From NCBI RefSeq assembly GCF_018977255.1, contig NW_024704757.1, positions 13,144,001 to 13,208,000 on the forward strand: 64,000 bases of DNA, read 5' to 3'. Made by a program: the position numbers and the translations under genes. Origin of the DNA: Callorhinchus milii. Lineage: Eukaryota. Shown in pieces: positions 47,780-62,214 of the stretch. The notes under the pieces are model-generated. The model ran no database searches. It saw nothing but the letters and a program-made list of their open reading frames with translations, and had not been told where the DNA came from. Each line of letters begins with the position of its first letter. Position 1 is the stretch's first letter.

Positions 47780-49400
47780 AAAGAGCTGAAGAATACGGCA
47801 CGACTTTCGGGGGGAGGGGCGGGGGGTGTGGGGTGTGTGTGGGGGGGGGTTTGCGTTAAGGGGGGAAAGTGGTGGCACGAACACCAAACGTGTGCGCGCT
47901 TTTTTTTCCCCACACACTCACTCTCTCTCTCTCTCTCTCTCTCTCACACTCACAGAGCCACACAGATCGCTTCCCGAGTGGAGCGGAGTCGCCAACTTGT
48001 GCCTTTACTTTTAGTGCAACAGCAGTTGGGACACGAGGCAGGAACTGAACCCGGAGACCCTGAAGGTAACGAGGCTTCACCCCCACACCCCCCCCCCACC
48101 GCACCCCCACACCCCCACCCACCGCACCCCAACCCCCCCACCGCACCCCCAACCCCCCCCCCACCCCACCCCCCCCCCCACCGCACCCCAACCCCCCCCC
48201 ACCCACTGCACCTCACCCAACCCCACCACCGCCCCCCCCGCAACCCCACCCCACCCCAACCACCGCCCCCCCCCAACCCCCCCAAACTACCCTCGAATAT
48301 CTCAGCTAACAAGAAGGTGAGTGCAAAGAAACGCGAACGAAACCTGGGACCCCCCCACTCCCCCCCCTCCCCCCCCCCCTCCCCCCCTCCCCCCCCCCCC
48401 CTCTCCCCCCCTCCCCTCCCCCCCTCCCCTCCCCCCCCCTCCCCCCCTCCCCTCCCCCGAGCAAATGGACGAGTTTGTGTGCGTTTGTGAGTTTGTGTTG
48501 TGTTGCATTTCTGGTCGAGAGCGGATGGTTCGGAGGTCTCTGGAAATGGTGCGTTGTTGTTGTTGTCGCCGCCGCCGCGGAGCTACATTGTCGCCGCGTC
48601 ACCGTCCGCGGCGCCGAGAACTCGATACATTGTCGCCGCATTCGGACACATTGTCGCCGCATTCGGATACATTGTCGCCGCATTCGGACTCATTGTCGCC
48701 GCATTCGGACACATTGTCGTCGCATTCGGACACATTGTCGCCGCATTCGGACACATTGTCGCCGCATTCGGACACATTGTCGCCGCATTCGGACACATTG
48801 TCGCCGCTGCGCCGCTCTCACAGTGGAGCGCCTCTTTTGTGTAGTGACTGTGCACTGGTGGTCACCGCTGCTCCTGAGCTGCTCTCTCCCCTCTGAGGGG
48901 GTATTTGATCAATCAAATCCCGAGTCAGATGTCGGGCCCTGAATTCCTTCTTCTTCCCTTTCTCTTTTCTTTTGCACTTTTATCCTTAAAGTAACTGTCC
49001 TTGTTCAAAGCTGTCGGCTGAGGCGCCTTCGTGTTCGAGGCGGTGGGGGGGAGGGGGGAAGGGGGGGAGAGGGGGAAATCCGGCGCTTTTTTTTGGCATG
49101 GAAACCGCGATGGTTTTTTTTTTCCGCACCGAATGTAAAGCCTTTTGAGTTTTTTTTGTGTGGGGGGGGGGGGCCGGCGGCGAATCTAGAACCGACACCG
49201 TTGGGAATTGCTGAGGTTTCCCGCTTTGCGGTTTGTTGTTTTATTTCGCACCGCGAGCGAGTCGCCATTGCCAACGCGAAACGCCATCGGGACCGTAGTA
49301 AAACATGCAGATTTTCCCCCAAATCCTCTAAAAATCGTGTGCAATACCGGGGCGGAGGGCGGGGGGTGGGCGCGGTGTGGAGCAAACAAAATAGCGACTT
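47780..49400 (+). promoter_or_regulatory. CpG island with probable non-coding first exon(s) of an unidentified gene
   Basis: GC box at about 47810-47826, high CpG density, donor-like AAG|GTAACG (48066) and AAG|GTGAGT (48317); no recognisable coding exon from here to the window end. Confidence 0.5.
48624..48807. repeat. 21-bp CpG-rich tandem repeat GACACATTGTCGCCGCATTCG, about 8.7 copies
   Basis: CATTGTCG recurs at 48628, 48649 ... 48796 with exact 21-bp period. Confidence 0.95.
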
Positions 49401-50129
49401 ATAATTTTAAAAAGAACCATTCCCACTGATGAGATTACTAATTGAACACCTCATGAGCTGCAGCTGAGTGTACGTTCTCCTCCACAAGTGAGAAATAAAT
49501 GTCTGGTGTCGGATGCAAACGAGAACACGACTGCACAGGGAATGTCTGTTCCAGTGTTTCTCACAAAGCCCTATTTTTAAATCCGCCTCTGCCAAGAACA
49601 TCTCAGCACAGCTGGCAGCAGACTGGTGTCTGGGGAGGACGGATGTCTTGCTCAGATATGATTGTTGGACTTGACTGGGATGGCGATGAAAATTTTAAAC
49701 TGATGGGATGAAGTCTCTTTTCTGGGTTGAAGTGGAAACCAGGAAGGACGGATGGCCTCCGCCCAGTTCCTAAAGGACTTGGTCCACACTACAAGACTCT
49801 CCCATTATTCACCGTCAAGCTGTCAAAGAGGCATGACTGATGCGAGAAAGGTAAATTGCAGGCAGAGGGTGTTCGTCCGAGACTGAGGTTAAAACACATT
49901 CTAAGACAATGCAGAGTTTTTGCTTTGCTTCCTGGCTGTAACTGACTGACGAGCTGGAAGCTGTCAATCACTGCTAATTATTATTATTAATATTAATATT
50001 AATAGGCAGCCGTTTCCCCATCTTCACTCCGATGACCACAGAAACAAATACCACGAGGTACGCCCTTGGGTGACGAGATCAAATGGGCGTGACCCCCTCA
50101 GAGCTCAGACATTCTCACTCTATTCTGGT

Positions 50130-50522
50130 ATTATGCTGTTTTTAGCGCAGAGAAGGTTGAGGTGTTCAACATTACGAAAGGGTTTGCAAGAGTAGACCGG
50201 GAGGAACTGTTTCCTCTGGGAGGTGGGTCGGTAACCAAAGGATACAGATTTAAGATAATTGGCAAAAGAACCAGAGGGGAGACGAGGAGATTTTTTTTTT
50301 TAACCCGGATCTTTTGTTACGGTCTGGAATGCGCCGCCTGAAACGGCAGTGGAAGCAGATTCGAGAGTAGTTTTCGAAAGGGAATGAAAAGGGGAAAAAA
50401 TTGCACGGCTATGGGGTAAGAGGGGGAGAGTGGGACGAGTTGGTAGCTCTTTGAAGGAGCTGGTACACGCACGATGGGCCAAACGGCCTCCTTCTGTGTG
50501 CTGTAAGATTCTACGATTCTAT
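50130..50522 (+). mobile_element. CR1 3' fragment
   Basis: CR1 ORF2 end and tail GATGGGCCAAACGGCCTCCTTCTGTGTGCTGTAAGATTCTACGATTCT. A similar tail lies at about 23120-23272. Confidence 0.75.
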
Positions 50523-51659
50523 TCAACTGTTAGCAGCTCATTTTATTGTTCATACTCTGTGAGTTTTTTTTAAAAAAACAAAGCAAATCCAAAGCATGAA
50601 ATACCTCTTAACCTTCTAGCTATTTTTTCCCCTTCTCCTCCCCCGACGTGACAATCCTCTTAAATGCCCGACGTGACTTTATTTCTCTCTCTAAAACTGC
50701 TCAGCTTAACCTAATGTTGAAAAGCTCACTTGAACCGAGGTGCGAAGTTAACGTTTGGTGCACTGAATAAAATGTTGTCGGGAACGTCAGGCGGACAGAG
50801 AGAACGCAGCAATATCAAACCGCCTTCGCCAATACAAGCTGGTTTACGTAACATTACCACAACATTAACACGTTCGTAGAATTTCTGTCACGCTGTGTAT
50901 AGTGAAAAGCCCGACATTGATGCCGACTGTAGAAAAGGGTGTAGCGCACAATGGCTCGGTTTTCCTGAATGGAGAAGTACAACCGCAACTACAAGAAGTA
51001 CTGTGGTCGTTGGCAAGGGCAACAGTCAAGGAGGGCGAACAAAATGGGAGATATGGATTTTAGACACGTTCACTCGAATAAATATTTTAACAGTGGTGTT
51101 CTGCACGTGCACAAAAAGAAAGGCGGTGGAAATGGGAAATTAATTTTCAAATTCAATCTATTTTTTTTGTTAGGCTCGTAAATATGCGACTGTGTTAGTC
51201 AGATGCATGTCACACACAAGACACTTGTGGAGCTGTACAGTTCTTGTCTCAGCCGTGAGTCAGTGCTGCTCCTGCTATGCTTTTTTTCTAAAAAAAAAAC
51301 AGAATGATTTTGTGTTGTTTCTGGGAACGACATTATGGGCATCTGTTTCATCTCAGCTCTGACACTGGGTGTTCCTTTGTGCACAATCTCATCTAAAATG
51401 CAGCAATAAGCACAGCAGTTTTGAGCAAAGGCAATTGGGAAGTGTTTGATATATTGGGAACGTTGGTGAATAATTGAACGGGTAATAATTCTACGAAATA
51501 TATCGGGAGGAAATCGTACCATCTTGAAGAGTTAACAGGATAGTGGTTCGACTTTCAACTATCGAAAAAAATTGTTATCTGAGACTTGTGGCGAAACCAT
51601 TTTTTTTAACATCACGAATGTATTGTAGTGCTGTTGTAACCTTTCCTCTACATCGGGTA

Positions 51660-51950
51660 TCAGCCTCGCTCAGTTGGTAGCACCTTTGATTCGGAAGTTT
51701 GTGGGATCAAGAGATATAACATTTTAAACTCACAGTTCAAGCTGACACTCCAATACAGTAATGGAGGTGTGCTGCGTTGTTGGAAGTGCTGTCCTTCGGA
51801 TGGAACATTAAGCTGAGGTCTTGTTCGACTGTTCAGGTGGACGTGAAAGATCCCATGGCACAATTCCAAAAAAAGAAGGAAGCTTCTCTTGTGTCCTGGG
51901 CGAAAAAAACCCTCATAAAATTGGGATTGGTCACTTCATGGCTGTTTGTA
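51660..51950 (+). mobile_element. Older DeuSINE-type element (tRNA head plus Deu domain)
   Basis: GCTCAGTTGGTAGC head; GTGCTGTCCTTCGGATGGAACATTAA...CAGGTGGACGTGAAAGATCCCATGGCAC resembles the Deu core as I recall it. A related decayed copy lies at about 25850-26220. Confidence 0.6.
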
Positions 51951-52311
51951 GGATTGAGTTGTTGAGCTTGCGCAGAAGGCTAATGTATATTTTTTATATA
52001 TAATAAATACAAAATCCATTAATTGCCAAGAAACCTGCCTTTCCGCAGCCTTGCTCTTTGCCGTGCAGAATTGTGAACAGACTTAAACTTTAGTGCATTA
52101 AAACACTTACAGAAGGTGGAGGGAAAATAACCTATTAAAATATGGATTAATTGAATCGTGACTCTTTTTATCAGCTTAATGCTTCTTTTTTGCCCTTAAT
52201 GCTAATTTCAGCATCTGCGCCCCTTCCGAGTGCATCTTTCGCTGCATGATCAGTACCCAACCATGACTCGTGCATCTGATAAGGCAGCGTAACAGGTCAT
52301 TAAGACTTCTC

Positions 52312-52580
52312 GCAGCGCTTCACAGAATATATTGTAAAACGAGTTGATTGACTATATAACTTTTGTGGGCAAAATGTGGCAGCCAATTGCGCACAGCAGC
52401 GTCCCACAAACAGTCGTGGATTGAGTGACCAAATTATTATTGGTTTTTTTTATGAGGGATTATTATTCCCAGGAAAAGCAATCTGCCGATCAACTAACAA
52501 CCGGGTTCCTACTTACTGCTAGGCAACAGAGGCGTGTGGAGTAAGGAAACTTGCCCAACATTTCGCCCTGCTGGAATATG
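52312..52580 (-). mobile_element. SINE fragment
   Basis: Reverse complement of the SINE body up to the B-box region. Confidence 0.75.
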
Positions 52581-55500
52581 ACTCATACCTCCCACTCTGC
52601 TGCCTCGTACCCTGTATAACCTTGTGACAGAGCACAGAGGACAACTGGAAGAGAGAGGCGCAGTGGGAGGTAAGAGGCAGTGTGAGAGAGCAGGAGCCAT
52701 GTCTAGCAGCAATAGAGCTTTCTATGGTGAGCCAGCTGTCTTGACACATGCGGAAACTCATCATGATGCTTAAACGTATCCAAGCCAAGCAGGGTTCAGT
52801 AAATTATTTTAAGAAGGTATCATTGCATGTTTTGCGTGCATAGTTCAAAGAGACACCAAATGTGATCCGGTTTACAGCCCTCAGATCTCTTACTTTTGCC
52901 CTGGGTGGCACTGCTGAAAAAGACAGGGATTTTTCTCCCTTGTGTCATACCCTCCAGGGAAATAGATCGATTATTCACTTCACTTCAATTTGCTGACAGC
53001 AAAATGGCTGCCGCATTTGCCCCCAAAAAAGACATGACATGAGACGGTAATTATTGCGAAGGACGTAAAGATATTTCAGCGCTTTTAAACTTCAAGTTGT
53101 TGTTAAGACACGGCAATAAAGGGGCGAGTTTAAGAGACGCATTAAACCCTTGTGATGGGGTTTGAAAACCAGCTGAGCGCAGCACAGGTATTGTGTGTAG
53201 GGAGTTCATCTGGCTGTTATGTGAGGTTTCCAGTTTGACCAGTTTTTCTACTGAAACAATTGTAATGTGCCTTAAGGTATTTATTCAACTGATAAACATG
53301 GGTTGGCTGGTAGAGGATGGAAGAGGAGAGAAATATTTGTAGTCGGTCCACCTAAACCAGAGCTAAAAGTGAATGCTTTTTTGTTCTTGGCACAGAACTT
53401 TGAATTTCAGAGTTAACGTAAAACTCTCAAATAAAAGTCTGGTCTGTATAATCACCTAAATTATACATTTGCCCAAGTCCTGTTCAAGAGTTTATATTTC
53501 TATGCAAGTCTGACATAACTCATACTTTGCATAAGTCATATTAAACGTATTGATGACATCAGCTCTAGTCACTGTTTGTGAAAGTGAGCTGTTTTTGTGC
53601 TGCTGTACTTTTTTGACCAATGTGCATTCTGTCATCTGCATTTAATTTGTACATTTGTGGATCAGCAACGGCTATTGCGGCAAACTGATTGAAAGGAAAT
53701 TATTGGGCTTTCTCTTTGGGAAAAACTAAGCTTAAAAATCTATCTGCCTCTCGGAATCGGATACAGCCAAGTGCGAGAAGACAAATAGAACACCAAATGT
53801 CATGCTACACTGATGTGCAACAACTCCCAACGGATCAAAGGTACAGGTATTATCTTTGTCTGAATCTCCTGCACCTATGGGAATAATATATTCATGCTCG
53901 AAATGGAAAATGTCAGGAGTTTTTGTAAGCTAACCATTAGTGTAATTGTGTTTTGCCACAGATCATGTGCTGCATTGCTTCCTTCCTGTTTGTTCTCTGT
54001 AGAATTTCTACCTTGGACTAAGCATCGCTCAAGAGAGCATAACTTTGTATTCCAGTTATGACTAATGGATCTTCAAAAATGCAAGTGTGTGTGTGTGTGT
54101 GTGTGTATGAAGGATACGTTTGCTATTGAACGATAGCCTATTGGAGTGCTAAATAAAGAGAAAAATCGTCAGTGCTGAAAATTTGTAGTAAAAACAGAAA
54201 TGGGAGAAATTCACAGGAGTTGTTGACTGAATTGTTGTGGATTTTGTTCCAATTCCGATCTAACAGATTGCTAGACTATGTGGGGCGTCTCTTACTGACA
54301 TAGTGTAGCATAATATGAATTTGCCTCACTGCAGCAGTGAGGAATTAAAGAATCTGCATCGTTCCAATAAATTGAGGATATCACAGAAGCATTAGCGTGC
54401 TTGCATTTCTAGCAGCTTGAATTTATATACTGTCTTTCCTGTATGTGTGTGTGTGGGGGGTGGGGTGGGCAGGGAGTTAATTATCATAGAGTGCTTCTAG
54501 GAGACAAATGGCTGTGACTAGGAGACAAACTGAAAGGTGAATGCCTCGACAACTCCTGGTGAATCCAAGCTACAGACCTGGATTCAAAATGCATGGGTTA
54601 CGATATGACTGACCTGCTAAAATCTGCATTTCTACCGACGTGTATATTTTGCTAAAGTGGTAAGTTCATTTGTAATGGAGTGTCTTTTTCCTGATAACGA
54701 TCAGCCTGATAGCAGCGCAAGTCTTGCCAATAAGACTGGTCGCAGCATGAGTGATCAAATACACCAAATTTCACTTTTGAGCAATCAACTGTTGAGCAAC
54801 TCTGGAATTGGCCAAAGGTCTCAATTGAAACCGAGCTGATTAGGTTGCTAGGAAGTAGGGTGTGGAATGTGTCTGTACAGATATTGGAGGAAAATACTGC
54901 TTTTTGTCTGCCGATGTATGGTGGATCTTAACCTCTTCTTTCTAACACTGATTTGCAAACATTAGCAGAAGACATTGCCATCAAGTATGATTCACTCCAA
55001 TTGCTTTACTAAAATACTATGTGTCGCATCAGAAGCTGACCACACTTTCGCAAGTTCTGTCTGGGTTCTAAGATGTGTGTAACAGGTCTTGCCCTTGAAT
55101 ACATGTTCCTCCCGTGTTTACTTCCTCTGTATGTTTCATTTGGTTGAATTTAATAAGTGATCAGCAGTGTGCAGACTCTTTGTTCCATATCACCCCCCCC
55201 CCCCCCACTCATCCATTACGACTTGGCTCCCAAATTGTTTATCCTCTGCTCCCTTCCCTTTATCCAGAAACTAATCCACATCCACGGAAAAACGTTCTGT
55301 TCTTCAGAGAGAGAGAGAGAGAGAGAGAGCGAGGAATAACACGTCTACAGGGTGATTTAGGTTGTCAAATATTTGTTTCACTCGGAATATATCTTGCAAC
55401 ACTTCTCAAAATAACATGCCTCAGTCTACAGGAACAGATGCTCCCAGGGCTTTCTCATTGAAGGTCCAATTTTTGGAAGGCTGGAGCACAAATAGAAACT

Positions 55501-55957
55501 AAAAATATACTGTGTGTATATAAACAACCTGGCCTGGGAGTATTCGGTTTACAACTGTAACAATAGGTTTCACGCTTGTTCCCCTTTTTTTTGTTTCCAG
55601 AATGTAAGACCTGGACTTGGGGGAAAATGTTTGCTGGGGTGAAATTTACAGCGTTTCATAATGTGTTCCTTGTGTTAACTATGCTGATGAACTCTTTAAG
55701 AAACGCAGCACATATCATCCCTTTGTCTGCAGTAGTGATGCACTATTCACCATGAGTACACGGTAACACTTTAGATGCTCCGAGGGTTGGGAAGAGGGAG
55801 AAGGGAGGGAGAAGGGAGGGAGGGAGGGGAAGTAGAATGGCTGAATGATTTGTGTAAGTATCTTTCAAATAATGGAACTAAGAACTGCATAAGTACTTAC
55901 TTTTGGATTTTTTAAAAAAATAATTTGCAAGGAATGTCCGAATCTGGTTATTACATC

Positions 55958-56560
55958 TGCCTTCATCACCTCCAGGCTCGACTATACAAACGTCCCGCTT
56001 GTTGGCCTTCCCAACTCCTCCCTCCACAGGCTGCAGATAATCCAGAACTCTGCAGCCCGTGTCCTCTCCCGCACCAAACTCCGTGACCCCATCTCCCCCA
56101 TTCTCGCCCGACTCCATTGGTTCCCTATCCATCAGAGGATCCAATTCAAGATCCTGGTCCTCACATGCAAAGCCCTCCATGGCCTCGCCCCACCCTACCT
56201 CTGCGACCTCCTAACCCCCTACCAACCCGCCCGTTCCCTCCGCTCAGCCGGCTCCGGCTGCTTCACATCCCCCGACCCACCCACCCCACCATCGGCGGGA
56301 GAGCCTTCAGCCACTCTGCCCCCAAGCTCTGGAATTCCATCCCCCAGTCACTCGGCCTCGCCCCCTCCTTAGCCTCCTTCAAGTCCCGGCTCAAGACCCT
56401 CCTCTTCGACCATGCCATCGGCCACCCCCCTTCCCCTCCCCTCCCTTCCCCACCCCTGACCCCAGCTCGGGTCTGAAATGCTGTCCTCTGTCCAGCGCCT
56501 TGGGACGTGCTCCCGACGTGAAAGGCGCTAAACAAATGTAATGTAATGTTGTTGTTGTTC
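55958..56560 (+). mobile_element. L2 3' fragment
   Basis: Same L2 family; RAFSHSAPKLWNSIP..SFKSRLKTLLF, tail and (TTG)n. Confidence 0.88.
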
Positions 56561-57834
56561 AAGGGGCTATTTTGTTAGCAATTTGAAAGATTGTATATTC
56601 CAAGAATGAGATCGGTTTGATAATCGTAAGTGGGCAATTTTGGTTTACATAACTTGAACGTGCAACCATTAAAACTGGCATGATCTAAAAGCTAAGTCTT
56701 TAAATACACACGAGGCACTTTATTTCCAAACCTTCCCGTTCAGGCTGCAAGCCAGAAACAATGTGGGCGCATTATCACATATTGTAATTACACAGCTTCG
56801 TATGAATCTTTCCAGATCTTTGTTGTGCCACTTAATTGGAAACCCTCTGAGATATCTACAGTTTATCTGTAGTTCCAGGAATCTGTTTTTGCCTTGGTGT
56901 TGTCTGACTGAGTTGCACTGAAAATTGATAGCGTCACAAGGGAAGGAAGTCGGCTGAAGCACCTTGAACTGTGGAGCAAGGGGACTGAGATAGCAGTGTT
57001 TTGAGAGAAAATGTAAGCTGTAGTTACAGGAGGAACTTAAATTGGAGGGATAGATTTAACGTGACCTTGAGTCTCAGAGGGTGTGTTTATTCCAGGTGCT
57101 GGGTTAAGGGACATAACGGGGTGAGAAAAGGACTTATAAGGAGAGGCAAAAACAGCCACAGGTCACTGTTCGTGTATGTATGATCAAACGCTGTAGAACA
57201 GAGGTCCAGCAGTTAACCAATTGGAGCAGAACCTAAAGGTAAATTTTATGATTTCTTCTTTTCCCACTTCTTTTGGCCCCAATGCAATATAACAATCCTG
57301 GATCCTGTGTTTTTTATAACTGAATGCTAACCACACGTTTGTAACATCTTTGTTTTCAAAAGTATTTCATGAAGGTATTGTCCATTTTAAGTCAAATTTG
57401 TTGACCAAAACTTGGCTAGCGTTTTGAGTATGGGCATGTTGGAATCTGTCTGTGAATGCTAGCAGAACAGCTGATGTGAAAAAGATCTACTGTAATTATA
57501 TTGCCAAAAGATTGTAATATATAGGATCGTGTTTCTTTAATTCTTCGATCACAATGCTAATTAGAACTGCTGTTATACTAGGATAAAGGAAGCTATCTGA
57601 GAAATCTTGCAAAGGCTAAGGGCGTGACTTAGCTACGAAGGAAATAAAGGCAAAGTTCATGGTTGATAAATTTTGCAATTTACAACTGACGTTTTAAAGA
57701 ATAGTCAGGACAGTTAAAAGCTTCAGGACATCCTCCTGACATGAAAGGTGCTATTGTATGTAAATGTAAACTTGTCATTGTATTAAATCAATTCATTTTG
57801 CAATACATTGATCACTGTCAAAAGTGAAAATAGC

Positions 57835-58145
57835 AACAATAAATTACATTACTGTAGTGCCTTTCACGTGGAGAGGATGTCCCAAGGAGCTGGACACACA
57901 GGAATTTGGACCTGAGCTGGGGGGGTGGGATCAGGAGGGGTGGAGGGTAGCGAGTGTAGGAGGGTGACTGAAGCTGCAGTCGAAGAGAAGGGTCTTGAGA
58001 TGTGCCTTGAAGGAGGCAAAGGAGGAAGCAAGTCAAAAGGACTGTGGGGTCCAAAAGTTAGGGGCAGAGGCAGAAGGCCTGACTGCCGATGGTTAGGCGG
58101 GGGACATGGAGCAAGCCGGTTGAGTGGAGGGAGCGGACAGGTCGA
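57835..58145 (-). mobile_element. Decayed L2 3' fragment
   Basis: Reverse complement of the L2 tail and CCTTCAAGGC..CTCAAGACCCTTCTCTTCGAC. Further fragments at about 3720-3825, 6960-7115, 45660-45780 and 61990-62210. Confidence 0.75.
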
Positions 58146-61100
58146 TATGATCAATAAACATTGGGTAAACACTTTAAATAGCCTTTCAGTTCCAAATCTT
58201 GACATTTCTGGCCATTTCAATGGATGTGCACGTGTGTTAGTTTACTGAACCATTCTCACTCGGTTTATTTCCAACACTCTGGCCTCTTGCCTAATACCAG
58301 ACTCCACGTTTTGTGAAATTTGAAACCGGAGAGGAAGGTGCCTTCTGTACATTCATAGACGACAGTCTGTCTGGTTGTCGTGTATTCACATATTGGTTAT
58401 TCAGGATGATCTCCTTCTAATCTAGATTAATATTGATATTAAAATACATTTCCCTTGAGATACGGGTCTTTTGCAAAGCCATAAAATGGTGACTCAGTAT
58501 TTTTCAGAAGCCATTGCCCAAAACTATAGTGTAATAATCCTTACATTTGATACAGTGCCTTGTATCACATTGTCGAAACCTCTCCAAAGAGCGTCAAGAT
58601 TTTAAACTGTGAAATGGGACTGTATTTCTAGGCAAAGGCAAAACATTGATAACCGCAGTACCAGCAGCTTTGTATTGACTCATTAGCTTCAAGGACAAAA
58701 CTGGGAAGTCAATGGACAAGGTCTATAATTAGATGAGACTGAATGTGATGTGTTGAAGTGTGGGTATATTCAGACAGGTTAGTTAGTGATGTACAATTGT
58801 TGTGTGTGCGCCAGGTTGTCATTGAACAACCAGAACACTTGAGATGTTTTGAATGCCGCAGCCTGACCAACATTTGAAGTCGCTTTAGTCAGAAGTCGCA
58901 GCGACATTGGCATTTTGATCGGTTTCATTCTGTGCATTGTCGTAAAAGTGTCTAACCACATTGCAAGCCGTGGATTGCTGTGTGGAAACAATTAGCAGGT
59001 GGGGCAATATGCAGGGGTAATGGGAGATTGGCCACTGACAGCGCTTGTGTGTGGAATGTACTGAACCATTTTGAACGTGCGAAGGTCGCACTCGCTTAAT
59101 GTGTAGCAGGGTTTGAGTTTTCCAGCTGGGCTCCACTTCCAGACACTTGCTCCCTCTGGAACATTGCCCCGGAGTGTATTTTCTTTACGTGGGAACCGAT
59201 ATGGTAGCTGTTGGTAGTTATTTGACTGTGAAGCTCAATTGTGTTCTGAGATTTATGGCAATAGCTCGGGTTTCCTCAGCTGAGATTGGCTAGTTGATTG
59301 AACAAGTTGAACAAATTGCCCTTCGTATTGAGTCTGGTGAAGTTCCACACTGGACAGTCTCCAGTTTAAGCGCTCTGGGACTCGACCCTACGTGAGGGGT
59401 GCTATATAAATGCAAGTTGTTGCTGTTGTCTCTACCAGCTGAGCTATTGGCGAGACGCTCCTAACACTTGTTAGTCCTGTACAAATATTATCTGGCTCAA
59501 ATGCCACTTAAATCCATCTGCTTTAATGTTGTGCCATCCCTACCCTTTTCTTCCATCACTTTTGCCGTGTTGATCAGAGCCCTCCATTCAGTGCAAATGA
59601 GGTAGTGTTGTCATCTCCAAAGGCAGTTACTGCGGTGTCCTCCAATGTGGCTATCGGCCAAAACAAATCAAACCCGGCCCCAACCACAACCTACTGATGT
59701 TGGGTGGGATGCACCGGTTGCAGTGGAAGCACTGTGAAAAATCTGGTGCGAAATTAAAACCTGCGAAAGCAAAGGGAAGCTGCCAGAAAACGTAATTGTT
59801 TTGGCTCTGCTCATCCCACTTTCAGATGGTTATCGCTGTTTATGCGCAACCGGTGGCTTGACTTTGCTGTTATGCAGACGTTTGCTTTCCAGCCCAATCA
59901 GCTGATTTCCTGATTAAACCAGACCCCTAGCATCAATGGCATCAACAAATATCTGGAATCTCCTGGTCAGCAATAATCCCCAGCAGGAAATAACTGGGTA
60001 GTTTTATCATTGCGAAGATTGTGACCTCGGCTAACTCGCCTTTTATAAATGTTGAGTTTGGGCTGACTCTGTTGTTCGCCAGCGCTGTAACTTGCCTGTT
60101 ATTAAATTTGCGGATACAGTGCGCGGGTGTGTATGATCAATGTCATGCATGGCATTTGCACAGGGTTATGTACGGTGGTAATTTGAGTGCTTGCCGTTCA
60201 TTTCGCATGGGAATGAAGAATCACTGACTTGGTTTTGAAGATGCTTTGCTTTAAATCTTCGTTAATGTAATGGGGGCGGGAGGAGGGTTGCAAAGAAGCT
60301 CAAAAGGCCAGTTTTATGCACTTCTTTAAAGCACTTCTGACATATTCCACAATGTAAAGTAAATATATTATATTGGTGGTTTGTTCCATGCCAGGTATTC
60401 CTCAAGTAAGAATTTATTTTCTCCTCTCTCCGATGCTACAGTTCGTTTAAAGATCCTGTGGCGTTATCTGAAAGAAGGGATTCCGTCCCAGTGTCCTGGC
60501 CAATCGTTCTGAATCACTTACCTTCCAGCTGTTTTGCGAGACAGAACCTGCCTAGAGATATGCAGTCACTAAATGTGACGTTAAAGTTTTGACATTGTAG
60601 GCACTATATCCAATGAAGGATTGTTATTACTTCTACAAACGAGCAATTTCAGCAACTCAACGGGAGCTCCGTTGGCAAATTCCAGTTTGGAGTCCGAAAG
60701 AATTCAGTAGATGTAGTGTTTGAAATGGCCATCAGATCTGGAGTCAGTTTTGTGGACTCTTTGTCCTTTTTCCACTCGACCCGAGGAACCACATCGTGAG
60801 GTGGTCCCTTTACGAAGGTTAATTTTTAAGCTGTGTTTGTTTGCCTTAGAGCCCAGCTTTTCTCGGGTTGTTTTTACAGCGCAAGTACCTGAAACAATAG
60901 GACATTAGCCGCTCTTGTTTGTGCTCCATTGTGTGCTGCCGACAAGCGTGGGCAGATCATAAAAGACGTGAATGGTCAGCAAGTCCTTTTGCAGCCAGTC
61001 ATGTGATTAGTCCATGTTACAGTGAGTAATGGAAAACAGCTTCCCATCTAAACGTTGGTATCTATAGACTGTTTCTACACGACTGCTTAAATCATAGGAT

Positions 61101-62214
61101 TTTACAGTTGTCAAACGAGGCCGTTCAGCCCACCGTGGCTGTGCCGGCTTTCTGACAGAGATGTCCTATTAGTCCCACTCCCCTGGTCTTTCTGTTTTAA
61201 GTCCAATACCTGTCCAGCTCCCTTTTCAAAAGCGTGTCAGTTTGATCTGTTGGAGTGGCAGGTTTATTTTCTTCCACATTCTGACCAAAGAGTTGATTGA
61301 TTTGAGGGCTGTAAACCCCAGCAACTGAGCCTCCAGCTTTGGCATCTTGTGGCTGTGCCTCTCGGTGTAGATTCTCGGTGTATAAGCATCAGCAAAGGGG
61401 CATCAGACCCTCTTATATTTGGGGGAGGGTGGAGGAATTCAGAATGGTACATGATAAAGATGGCTACCGCGTGCTCTTTTGTGAACGTAAGCGTTTTATG
61501 CACCACGTTTAAATACGTGTCTACGCAGGATCCCTTCATGGTGTGATTAATAATAGATCCATTCTGTTGGGTCAATACATACACACACACACACACACAC
61601 ACTGCTTTTTTCAGGTTTCGTGCAGTAAACTCTTGTGAAAGAAGCCCTAATAATTAACACGCGTTACTGTATTAGAAGTACGGTTGACTTGATTGACCGC
61701 TTAATTTACCGCCAGCTTCTAATGGACTGAAAAACTGCAGTGGCTCAGAAAACGCCACCCCCCCCGCACGCCCACACCTCCCCAACACTCTTCCCTTTTT
61801 TTGATTTTTCGCTTAAATGAATGGAATTCCTGCTGGAATACCCCGATTGTGTGCGATTCAATGCCCGTCAACCTGAACATAGGCCGTTACATTTCCAGAG
61901 GTTGCGTTGGGTCTCTATAAGAAATGAGTAATTCTATTAGCGTTTTGATTTAGTGTCTTCCACAGGCGCGATTCCAAAACTACGTCCTGAACATCTGGAA
62001 CACTCTCCCTCTATCCCTCCACCTTGTCCCTTCCTTCCCCAACTTGAGGTCACGTCTGAAGACCTTCCTCTTCGACCGTGCCTACGGTCACCTCCCCCCC
62101 CCCCCCCCCCCCCCCCGGCTCAGCGTCATGCTTCTCCAGTGTGAATCGCTCTGGGACACTACCCTGCTTGAGGTGTGCGGTGGGGGCAACACAAATGCAA
62201 GTTGTTGTTATTGT

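Noticed and set aside
47828-48490. Proline-rich formin/extensin-like ORF
   Set aside because: Poly-C low-complexity tracts in a CpG island; no domain recognised.
48624-48807. CRISPR-like array
   Set aside because: Head-to-tail repeats with no unique spacers, no cas genes, vertebrate context.
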